From: Thermoanaerobaculia bacterium
GTDB lineage: Bacteria > Acidobacteriota > Thermoanaerobaculia > Multivoradales > UBA5704
Direction: 5' to 3'
Assembly (NCBI GenBank): GCA_044226625.1
Contig: JBGAGQ010000068.1
Location: 1 to 33,678 of the forward strand
DNA: 33,678 nt
Of this stretch, positions 19,455 through 27,508 are shown one piece after another (positions within the stretch are counted from its first letter, which is position 1; each line of letters starts with the position of its first letter). The notes under the pieces were generated by a model. It saw only the letters and a program-made list of their open reading frames with translations. It ran no database searches and had not been told where the DNA came from. Both the position numbers and the translations under genes were made by a program.

Positions 19455-20270
19455 CTAGCGGGCGCCCGGGCTCTTCGCCGAGCCCGGGGCCGCCGGTCCA
19501 GCCGCCTCCGGGGTCACCATGTAGTCGGTGAACTCGGCGACGCTGTCGGTCTTCGACCAGACACCGATCTTGCCGGAGACCGGCGCTTCGAGGGTCCGTT
19601 CGAGGAGTCGCTCGCCGTCATACCAAGCTTCGAGCAGCGTGCCGTGGACGGCGATCTTCATCGTGTGCCACTGGCGCATCGGGATCGGCGCGTTGCGGAC
19701 GCCCTTCTGGACGAAGCTGCGCTTGCCGTTCTCGAACTTCCAAAGCACGAGGTTGTCCTCCTTGGCGTTCACCCGGACGGCGAGGTAGTCGCCGTTGGGC
19801 TTCAAGTTGAACAAAATGCCCGCACACTGGTCGAGCACGCCGCCTAGGAGGCGAAAGCGGATCTCGATCGCGCCGTCGTGAAAGTCCGGGATCTCGTTCG
19901 CCACGGCATAGGGGAAGTAGGCGAACGCCTTCACGTTGTCGATGAACTCCTCGTGGCGCGAGCCGTAGATGGCACGCGCCTTGTCGGCGAGGCCGCCCGC
20001 CGGCTGGCCGTTCTTCCAGGTCCGGCCGTCGACCAACAGCACGGGCTTACCTTCCTCTTTGGCGATCGACCAGTCGCCGACGATCGCAAGGAAGCGCACC
20101 GGATCGCTCCCTTCCTTCTCTTTCGACAAATCGATTCGGATCGGTTGGACCTTCGCCGCGGCCGGCACCTTCGCGGGTTTGGCGGCGGGGGCCTTCTTCG
20201 GAGCGGCGGCGAACGCCGCGGGAGTCGAGACGAGGAGCACGGAGAGCGAGCAGGCGACGAGTCGGTTCAT
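19455..20270 (-). CDS. Secreted protein with DUF1080/concanavalin A-like beta-sandwich
   Basis: Signal peptide and Ala/Pro/Lys linker; AGILF..DYL, QWHTMKIAVHG and SGKIGVWSKTD motifs; ATGA overlap with the upstream permease. Confidence 0.7.
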   Translation of the reverse strand: MNRLVACSLSVLLVSTPAAFAAAPKKAPAAKPAKVPAAAKVQPIRIDLSKEKEGSDPVRFLAIVGDWSIAKEEGKPVLLVDGRTWKNGQPAGGLADKARAIYGSRHEEFIDNVKAFAYFPYAVANEIPDFHDGAIEIRFRLLGGVLDQCAGILFNLKPNGDYLAVRVNAKEDNLVLWKFENGKRSFVQKGVRNAPIPMRQWHTMKIAVHGTLLEAWYDGERLLERTLEAPVSGKIGVWSKTDSVAEFTDYMVTPEAAGPAAPGSAKSPGAR

Positions 20271-21598
20271 GGCGATCTCCAGCGGTCGCGTGTCGAGAAC
20301 GCGAAGCCCGCGACCAACGGCCACGCGAGGTAGAAGAGGAAAGCCGCGCCGCGCGGCGTGGCGGCGAGTGGATAGCCGGAATACGCCGCGTCCGCGGCAT
20401 CCGGAGCGGGTGGTTTCACCCCCGCCAGCTCGTAGATCTGCGCGAGCACGACTGGCTCGATAGTCGATCGCAGCATCGCGCGGTTCTCGCCCACCTGGTA
20501 CCAGACCTCGCCGTACTCGGGCCCTTCGAACAGGCCGGAGCGGCCGGCGGCGGCGAGCTCGACCGAGAAATCGGGAAGCACGCGGCGCAGCTTCGCGAGG
20601 ACATTTCGCTCGAGATCCGTCAGGCGCGGATCTTCCGCCGCGAGGTTCGCCCGGACGCGCACCGGTCGCGTGATCTCCTCGAGCGCCGCTTCGTCGGCGC
20701 GCGAAAACGAGCTGCGGCGATCTTCGGCGAGATCCCAGGCGCCACGGAGATCGGCGACTGCGGCGACGGCACCGGTCGCAATGAGGAGCGCCAGCGCCGC
20801 GCGCAGGTGGCGGCGCGCGGGCGCCTCGTAGAGGTCGAGCTCGAAAGCGGCGAACGCGAGCGCGCCCAGGGTGGCGGCGAGGAGCGCCGCGAGCAGGGAG
20901 AGCGACAGGTCCCCCTGCTCGAAGCGCCGGAGCGCGGCGGCCGGAGTGAGACGTGCGGCCTTGGCGATCCAACCCGAGCGGCCCGCGGCGACGAAATCGA
21001 GCGCCCAGCCCCCGACCGTGAGGCCGAGCGTCGCGATCGCCGCGCTGGCGCTCGACCGGCTGACCGCCGCCGCGGCGAACGCGAGACCGGTCGCGAGCAG
21101 GGCATGGAGCAGATGGCCCAGGAGCACGCTGCCGGTCTCGGGGAGGGCGAGGTGGCCTCCATAGCCGCGCCAGAGCGCGAGAGCGACGAAGCCGGGGACC
21201 GCGGCGGCGAGGCCGCCCAGCCCGAGCACGAGGAGCTTCGAGGCGAGCCGCGCGGGGAGGCCCGCGTGGGTCTGGCCAAGCAGGAGCGCCGCGCCGCTCT
21301 CTCGTTCGGAAGAGAGCATCCGAATCGAGACGAACGGCAGGAGGAAAGTCACCGCGAGATCGTAGGCGCCGAACGTCGGAACGACGATGCCGTCGAGCGG
21401 TGAGAGCCCCTGGGCGAGCGCGGCCGGTCCGCCGCCGGCGCCGCTCATTTCCGCATACGACGCGACCGCCGTACGGAAAGCTTGCCCCACCAACGGACCG
21501 ATCAAGGCGAGAGACAGCCAGAACGAACGGGCGGCGATCAGCTCGCCGAGATCGAGCCGAAGCAGCGTGCGAAAGGTCGGAGCCTCACGTAAGGGCAA
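20267..21598 (-). CDS. ABC-2/GldF-like permease fused to a GldG-like extracytoplasmic domain
   Basis: LLPFVSIRMLSSERESG motif, multiple TM helices, then WDLAEDRRSSFS..EAALEEITRPV. Confidence 0.8.
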   Translation of the reverse strand: MPLREAPTFRTLLRLDLGELIAARSFWLSLALIGPLVGQAFRTAVASYAEMSGAGGGPAALAQGLSPLDGIVVPTFGAYDLAVTFLLPFVSIRMLSSERESGAALLLGQTHAGLPARLASKLLVLGLGGLAAAVPGFVALALWRGYGGHLALPETGSVLLGHLLHALLATGLAFAAAAVSRSSASAAIATLGLTVGGWALDFVAAGRSGWIAKAARLTPAAALRRFEQGDLSLSLLAALLAATLGALAFAAFELDLYEAPARRHLRAALALLIATGAVAAVADLRGAWDLAEDRRSSFSRADEAALEEITRPVRVRANLAAEDPRLTDLERNVLAKLRRVLPDFSVELAAAGRSGLFEGPEYGEVWYQVGENRAMLRSTIEPVVLAQIYELAGVKPPAPDAADAAYSGYPLAATPRGAAFLFYLAWPLVAGFAFSTRDRWRSP

Positions 21599-22334
21599 GG
21601 AAGACCTCCTCGAGCGTCCCCGAGGGGAGGCTCGCCCGCTCCCGCAGCTCGTCGATCGTTCCCTCCCCCACCACCCGGCCGTCGGAGAGCATGATCAGAC
21701 GGTCGCAGACGCGCGCTGCGTCGACCAGCTGGTGGATCGAAAGAAACAGCGTGCGCCCCAGCGCTGCCATCTCGCGCAGAAGCGCCGCCACGTCGCGCGT
21801 CTGGCGCAGATCGAGACCGTCGAACGGCTCGTCGAGCAGCAGGAGCGGCTGAGGCGAAAGCAGGGCGAGCGCGAGGAGAAAGCGCTTCCGCTCACCTTTG
21901 GACAGCGAGCCGGTCCGAGCGGCGGCGAGCCGCCCGAGGTCGAGCCGCGCGAGTAGGCCCTCGAGCGACGGGCCGCGCGAGAGAGTGGCCCCCCAGAGAT
22001 CGCGCCAGCCACCGAGAAGACGGCCGACGCCCTGGTCCGGCCAGGGAAGGATGCCGTCGGGAAGAAAGTACAGCTGGTCTCGGCGGCACCTCGGAGCCAC
22101 AGAGCGACCTCCGCCATCCGCCACGCGGCCGGCATCCGCCGGCAGGAGACCGGCCAAACATCGGAACAGCGTCGTCTTGCCCGCGCCGTTCGGTCCGACC
22201 AGGCCGAGCACCTCGCCCGGCCGGACCGAAAAGCCCACGTCGTCGAGCACGCGCCGCCCTCCGAAGCTCTTGCCGAGCCCGGATACCGCGAGCAGGTCGG
22301 TCGCGGCTTCCGCCGGAGAGGACGGCGCGGTCAT
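21585..22334 (-). CDS. ABC transporter ATP-binding protein
   Basis: Walker A GPNGAGKTT, signature LSKGE, Walker B LLLDEP, H-loop SIH; start moved to MTAPSS. Confidence 0.95.
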   Translation of the reverse strand: MTAPSSPAEAATDLLAVSGLGKSFGGRRVLDDVGFSVRPGEVLGLVGPNGAGKTTLFRCLAGLLPADAGRVADGGGRSVAPRCRRDQLYFLPDGILPWPDQGVGRLLGGWRDLWGATLSRGPSLEGLLARLDLGRLAAARTGSLSKGERKRFLLALALLSPQPLLLLDEPFDGLDLRQTRDVAALLREMAALGRTLFLSIHQLVDAARVCDRLIMLSDGRVVGEGTIDELRERASLPSGTLEEVFLALT

Positions 22335-22338
22335 GAGG

Positions 22339-25200
22339 CTAGAAGCGCAGCCGCGCTCCGAGCTGGAACTGCCGCCCCGGATCGACATTCGCGATCCCGC
22401 CGAGCTCCTGGCCGAACGTAGCGAGCGGTACTCCGTTCGTCGCGTTGCCGTAGACCCCGTTCCTTCCCACCACGTTTTCGTGGTCGGTGACGTTGAACAC
22501 CTCCGCCCGAAGCGTGAGCGTCGCCGCTCCCGACAACCGGAAGGCACGCTCGACGAACAGCGTGAGGTCGTAGAGAGCATCGCCGCGGAACGCGTTCCGG
22601 CCCACGACGTGGCCGTCGATCACCGGACGATCGGCGGTCGAACCGTCGCCGTTGTTGTCGGCTCCGGTGGTCGCGTTGTACGGCCGGCCCGTCGCATAGG
22701 TACCGACGCCTCCGGCGACGAAGCCAAACGGCAGATGGGCCGCTCCGGAAAGAACGACGCGATGCCGCTGATCGAGCAAGCTGTCGCCGAACTCCGAGCC
22801 GAGAAGGCGCGCGTCGCTCGGGTCGCCCCCCGGCGCGTCCGCTTCGAAGTTGTTGCGGGTATGCGACCAGGTGTACGATAGCCGGAGCGTACCCCGCCCC
22901 TGCCACTCATGACGCAGGTCCAGCTGCAGCGCGTCGTAACGACTCTCGCCCTGGTTCACCGTGGTCAGAATGCGGCGATAGCCGTTGGCCACCGGAATGA
23001 TCGGCCGGGTGAGATCGGCCGCGGCAGCGGAACGGGTCTGCCCGGGCGTGGTGCGGAGGAAAGCCGTCGGGGCGTTCAAGTCGATGTTCCGGTCGATGTC
23101 GGTGGTGACGGCGTGCACCACGTCGGCGCTCCCGAACCAGCCGCCGCCGAGATCGCGTTCGACCCCGAGCGTCGCCTGCTCGGTCTTCGGGTTCTTCAGC
23201 TCGCTCGGGTAGCCCGAAAGGCGCGAGACGTCGAAGAACCGGCTGTAGTAGGAGGTGCGCCCGGGCCGGATGGTGATGTCGCGCGGCGGCAGGACCGCCC
23301 CCGGAGGGAAACCCGGGATCGGGTTGAGCGACGTCGGAAAGCCAAGCTGCCCTGGAGCCGCGCTGAAGTTGAAGAACCCTTCGGGTCCGCCGAGCTCCCA
23401 ACCGGCGACGATGTTGGCGCGGATCTCCGAATAGTAGATACCGTAGCCGCCGCGGTACGTCGTCCGGCGCGACTTGTCCGGAGTCCAGGCGAAGCCAAGG
23501 CGCGGCGAGAGGTTGTCGGTCGCGTCGGTCAAGCTCTGCCGGTCGTAACGAAGACCGAGGTTCAGCACCAGATCGGGGCGGATGCGATAGTCGTCCTGGA
23601 CGAACAGCGACCAGAGCGACTCGCTCACCCGGTAGTCGACGTTGCCGAATCCTTGGGTGAACCGCTGGACGTCGGCGAGGGTGAGGCTCGCGGTCGGGAT
23701 CGCGGGCGAGATCCCGGTCTTGAACGTGAACTGGCCGAGCACGAACGGCGAGCCGAACTCCTGGCCGTCGCCGCCCGAGCGCGAACGGACATAGTCGCCG
23801 CCCGCCTTGATCAGGTGATCCCCCGCGACGACCGCGAAGGTGTCGGCGAGCTGGATCTGGCGGTTCGTGAGCTGAGCCGAGCGCGATTCACCCTCGGTCG
23901 AGACGCCCGGCCGGACGAGCTGGACCGACGGATGCGCCGGCTCGAATTCGGTGATCGGGTCGCCGTTCTGCCAGACCAGCCGCGCCTCGTTCGAGGCCGA
24001 GCCGGAGAGCACCCAGCTCTCGGCGAGCTGCACGGCTTCCGCCGCCCGCTTGAAATTGCGCGCGGCGCTCGGCAGCGCGATGCCGCCCACGGCGTCGGCC
24101 GGATTCGAATCGGTGAAGCGGTCGAGGTTGGCCCGGGCCGCGAGATGGTGAGACGAGGAGAGATCGGCGTCGACCCGGCCGAACAGGAGCGTCTGCCGGT
24201 ACTGGCCGGTGAAGACGCCCGGCGCGAGCGCCGAGGTGATCACCGAATCGCGGTCCTGCCGGTTGTATTCGCCGCCGACCGAGAAATAAGCCCGGTCGGG
24301 CACCAGCTGACCGCCCACGAAAAGGCTTCCCTGCCAGAGCTCGTCCTGGGCGTCCTGCTGGGTGACGGGGGTCTCCGTCTGGAGGCCGCCCGGCCGCGCG
24401 ACGAGGTTGAAGTCGCCTCGCAGATCGCGGGTGCCGGCGCGCGTGACCAGGTTGATCGCGCCTCCGGTCGTTCGGCCGTATTCTGCCGAGAACGCGTTCG
24501 TGAGCACCGAGAACTCTTGGATTGCCGCGAGCGGCACGTTGGTGAAAATCGTCTGGCGGCCCCAGGAGTCGTCGGCGCCGCTGCCGTCGATCACATAGGT
24601 CGCCTGGCGCCGGCCGCCCCCTTCGATCACGAACAGGGTGTTGTTCAGGAACAGGTCGCCGGTGCCGCGGGCCGAACGGACCGCCGAGGAGAGAAGCGGC
24701 AGGGACGTCACCTTACCGCCGAGGATCGGTGTCTCCGCGATGCGCTCGGCATCCATCCTCGTGCCGATCTGGGGCGAGTCGGTGCGCACGCCCTCGGTGG
24801 TTCCGAAGACGGTGATCGCATCCTCGACCGCGAGCGGCTGGAGCACCGCGTCGGCCGTGGCGGTTGCCCCGGCGCGGAGGGTGAGACCTGAGCGGGTTTC
24901 GGCGGCGAGACCCTCGTGCGAGAACTTGATCTCGTAACTGCCGGTGAGCGGCAGGCCCGAGAGGGAATAAGCGCCCGAGGCATCAGTCGAGATCGACCGG
25001 CTAAAGCCGGTCTCTGTGTTCGTGACCACGATCGAGGCGCCTGCGATCGGCGCGCCCGAAGCATCGGAGACGCTGCCGCGCAGCGCGCCCAGCCCGGGTG
25101 TCTCGGCCAGCGCCGGAAGAGTGACGAAGAGCAAAGAAAGGAGGATCAGGCTGGCGGCAGCGTGACGCTTCGCGCCGCCCGACGAGAGGGGGGTTCGCAT
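22339..25200 (-). CDS. TonB-dependent receptor (Oar-like) with carboxypeptidase-regulatory-like domain
   Basis: Signal peptide; GSVSDASGAPIAGA, IQEFSVLTNAFSAEYGRTTGGAINLVTRAGT, LNLGLRYD; C-terminal RQFQLGARLRF; SD AAGGA 8 nt before the ATG at 25200. Confidence 0.92.
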   Translation of the reverse strand: MRTPLSSGGAKRHAAASLILLSLLFVTLPALAETPGLGALRGSVSDASGAPIAGASIVVTNTETGFSRSISTDASGAYSLSGLPLTGSYEIKFSHEGLAAETRSGLTLRAGATATADAVLQPLAVEDAITVFGTTEGVRTDSPQIGTRMDAERIAETPILGGKVTSLPLLSSAVRSARGTGDLFLNNTLFVIEGGGRRQATYVIDGSGADDSWGRQTIFTNVPLAAIQEFSVLTNAFSAEYGRTTGGAINLVTRAGTRDLRGDFNLVARPGGLQTETPVTQQDAQDELWQGSLFVGGQLVPDRAYFSVGGEYNRQDRDSVITSALAPGVFTGQYRQTLLFGRVDADLSSSHHLAARANLDRFTDSNPADAVGGIALPSAARNFKRAAEAVQLAESWVLSGSASNEARLVWQNGDPITEFEPAHPSVQLVRPGVSTEGESRSAQLTNRQIQLADTFAVVAGDHLIKAGGDYVRSRSGGDGQEFGSPFVLGQFTFKTGISPAIPTASLTLADVQRFTQGFGNVDYRVSESLWSLFVQDDYRIRPDLVLNLGLRYDRQSLTDATDNLSPRLGFAWTPDKSRRTTYRGGYGIYYSEIRANIVAGWELGGPEGFFNFSAAPGQLGFPTSLNPIPGFPPGAVLPPRDITIRPGRTSYYSRFFDVSRLSGYPSELKNPKTEQATLGVERDLGGGWFGSADVVHAVTTDIDRNIDLNAPTAFLRTTPGQTRSAAAADLTRPIIPVANGYRRILTTVNQGESRYDALQLDLRHEWQGRGTLRLSYTWSHTRNNFEADAPGGDPSDARLLGSEFGDSLLDQRHRVVLSGAAHLPFGFVAGGVGTYATGRPYNATTGADNNGDGSTADRPVIDGHVVGRNAFRGDALYDLTLFVERAFRLSGAATLTLRAEVFNVTDHENVVGRNGVYGNATNGVPLATFGQELGGIANVDPGRQFQLGARLRF

Positions 25201-25314
25201 GGATGGCATCCTTGTCGGCGGCGCGCGGCCGCCAAGAAAGAACATGGCTCTGCGACCCGGAAATCGGGCCGCGGCTTCAGTGTCCGTCGGGCACGACGGA
25301 TGCCATCAAATGCG
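25196..25314 (-). promoter_or_regulatory. Candidate translational attenuator: long-range stem sequestering the SD and ATG of the TonB receptor
   Basis: Minus strand: CGCAT-TT-GATGGCATCC-GTCG (25314-25294) pairs with CGAC-AA-GGATGCCATC-C-ATGCG (25217-25196); competing local hairpins are present. Confidence 0.65.
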
Positions 25315-26031
25315 CAGGGGGCGGGGCCGCGGGACTCGAGCCAACGGCCTCGGGTTCGCTTCGGAGGGGGTGGCGGCAAGCCGCGGAGGCTCATGCCCCC
25401 TCGACGCCGCCGCCGGTCGCCCTAAGCCATCGGGCACCGCGGGATCCGCGAGGATCGACTCGCCCCGGGCGGGATGGTAGGCCGGCTCTTCGGGGGAGCT
25501 CTCGAGGCCCGACAGCGGGGGCGGCTCGCCCTCGCTACCAGCGATGGCGCGATCTACCCACCAGAGCTCGCCGCGAACGGTCCGGATCGCGCCTTCGCCT
25601 TCCCGTGTCGAGAGCGATGAGCTCTTCGGCGGGGTCTCGATCGAGAACGGCGCGCTCCACCCGACCTCGACCTCTTCCCCTTCGATCTTCCCTCGCAACG
25701 CGAGGCGGGCTCCCGCAGCAGGCAGGCGGGGAACGCGCCAGCGGTACGAGGTGGCGTTCCCCTCGAGCTCGTGGGTGAGTCGGACGGGAAAGCTCCGGCC
25801 GCCATCGACGGACAGGAGAAGCTCGACCTCCGACGCCGGAGGCGCTCCGGTCCAGCGAATCAAAACGTCGTCGCCGGGCGCGAAGCGGCTCCCGGAAGCG
25901 GGCTCGAGAAAACGCACCTCGAGCCCCCGCAGGCCCCCGAAGTTTTCCCCGGCGAGGGCGGGCAGGGCGGCGAGGCCGCAGCAGACCCACATGCAGGTCC
26001 GCAAGGGGAGGAGGCGAAACAGCCGATTCAT
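25306..26031 (-). CDS. Secreted leader protein: Ig-like domain, disordered linker, Pro/Arg-rich C-terminus
   Basis: Signal-like N-terminus with CxxxCC; PASGSRF..IRW..LLLSVDGGRSF..YRWRVP beta-sandwich; low-complexity linker; ends RVPRPRPLRI. Confidence 0.75.
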   Translation of the reverse strand: MNRLFRLLPLRTCMWVCCGLAALPALAGENFGGLRGLEVRFLEPASGSRFAPGDDVLIRWTGAPPASEVELLLSVDGGRSFPVRLTHELEGNATSYRWRVPRLPAAGARLALRGKIEGEEVEVGWSAPFSIETPPKSSSLSTREGEGAIRTVRGELWWVDRAIAGSEGEPPPLSGLESSPEEPAYHPARGESILADPAVPDGLGRPAAASRGHEPPRLAATPSEANPRPLARVPRPRPLRI

Positions 26032-26043
26032 CGCGCGCTAGGG

Positions 26044-26072
26044 AGCCTAGGGAAAGCGAACCCCACCGTCAA
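26044..26072 (-). promoter_or_regulatory. Sigma70-type promoter TTGACG-N17-TAGGCT upstream of the leader ORF
   Basis: -35 at 26072-26067, -10 at 26049-26044, ATG 12 nt downstream. Confidence 0.6.
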
Positions 26073-26105
26073 ATCAGCGAATACGCGAGGCCGGCTCGGC
26101 TTCCT

Positions 26106-27404
26106 TTATCGCAGCTCGAAAATTTGCGCCTTGATCGCATTACCCGGGCACCAGGATGCCTGCGGCATGCTCCCCTCCCAGGCGAACAGGACGCGGCCCC
26201 CGGACAGCGCGGCGCCGAACCCGTGCGCGGGGGTGAAATCGAGATCCGGCCGCGCCGACGCGACATCGACGCGCGAACCTCGACGGACGAGGTCGGCCCC
26301 AAGATGGACCGCGAGCAACCGCTCCCCGTCGATCCAAGCGAGGGCGAAGGATCCTCCGCCGTCGCGCAGGAGGACCGGCAGACCGAACGTTCCGACCGGG
26401 CCGAGATCGCGCGCTGCGCCCGCGAGCCGCCCTTCGGCGGACAGGCGGCTCGCGTAGAGCCGAAGCGTTCCGTTTTGAGCCTTCTTCACCCACACCACGA
26501 CCGATTGGCCATCGCCGGTCGAAGCGATCGCCACACCCTCGGCGGCTCTCGTCGCGAGGCGCACCTTCGCCGTTACGGCGTGGCCTGCGGCGTCGAAACG
26601 CTGGCTCCAGAGCTGCGCGAGACGAAGCGGGTTCGGGCCTTCGATCGGCTCGAGCCAGGCGACGGTCGCGATTCCCGCGGCATCGAGGGCCACCGCAGGC
26701 CGGACCTGCAGCTCGCTCCATCGGGGATTGCCGAGGCGCAGAGGCGCGATCGTCGGCGCACCGGCCACGTCGAACCGCAGCAGGTTGTGACGAACGGTCG
26801 GACGCGAGGCGGGAGGGACCGGGCGGGTGATCTCGGGCCAGGCGAGCGCGCTCGCGCCGCCGCCGCCCGCGAGGCTCGGCAGGTCGCCGAAGATTCGGCT
26901 CGAGGCGTCGCTCAGCCGGCGCGGCTCGCCCTCGGCCACACCCGCGGCGAACCACTGACCGAAGACGTCCCGCCCGTCGCTACGATCCTGGGCCCAGGCG
27001 ATTTGGAATCGACCGTCGCCGAGATCGCCGAGCACGGGGCTCGAAAAGCGCCGCAGCCCAGGCACTCCCGGCAGATCGATCAGGAACGAGGTCCCGAAAC
27101 CACCGGAACGGTCCACGAGCTGGCCCTTGATCTGGTTCATCATGACGTCGGCCGGGCTCGGACCGAAGGACTTTTCGTCCCGCCACGCGACGACGAACCC
27201 GTCGCCGACCGCAGCCGCAGCCGGCTGAGATCGGACGACCACCACGTTGGCGGGACCGGGGTCGACCGGCGGCGGGGTGATGATCTCCGGGATGAGGTCG
27301 AACACCGCCGTCACCGGCGCGAGATCGGCGTGACCGGCCGAGGCGACGAACAGGCCGACCGCCCCCAAGAAGAACCCATCGAATTTTCGGCTCGTGGCTT
27401 TCAT
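26106..27404 (-). CDS. Secreted repeat protein (probable beta-propeller), function unknown
   Basis: GGAG SD; signal peptide; repeats of the form P-A-V-A..G-F-V-V-A-W..Q-R-F-D (seen as GFVVAW, FQIAW, ALAW, TVAW, VVVW, ALAW, LFAW). Confidence 0.75.
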   Translation of the reverse strand: MKATSRKFDGFFLGAVGLFVASAGHADLAPVTAVFDLIPEIITPPPVDPGPANVVVVRSQPAAAAVGDGFVVAWRDEKSFGPSPADVMMNQIKGQLVDRSGGFGTSFLIDLPGVPGLRRFSSPVLGDLGDGRFQIAWAQDRSDGRDVFGQWFAAGVAEGEPRRLSDASSRIFGDLPSLAGGGGASALAWPEITRPVPPASRPTVRHNLLRFDVAGAPTIAPLRLGNPRWSELQVRPAVALDAAGIATVAWLEPIEGPNPLRLAQLWSQRFDAAGHAVTAKVRLATRAAEGVAIASTGDGQSVVVWVKKAQNGTLRLYASRLSAEGRLAGAARDLGPVGTFGLPVLLRDGGGSFALAWIDGERLLAVHLGADLVRRGSRVDVASARPDLDFTPAHGFGAALSGGRVLFAWEGSMPQASWCPGNAIKAQIFELR

Positions 27405-27508
27405 CCGCGCTTCTCCATAAGGACCTGCCGCTCCTCGGGCGAGAAGGTGATTACAGCAGACTTCCGCGCGCTCGGCCAACTCGCTCCGACAGGAACCGGC
27501 CGGCGCCG

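Noticed and set aside
25201-25305. Cobalamin or TPP riboswitch upstream of the TonB receptor
   Set aside because: No B12 box or TPP consensus visible; the pairing involves the upstream ORF end instead
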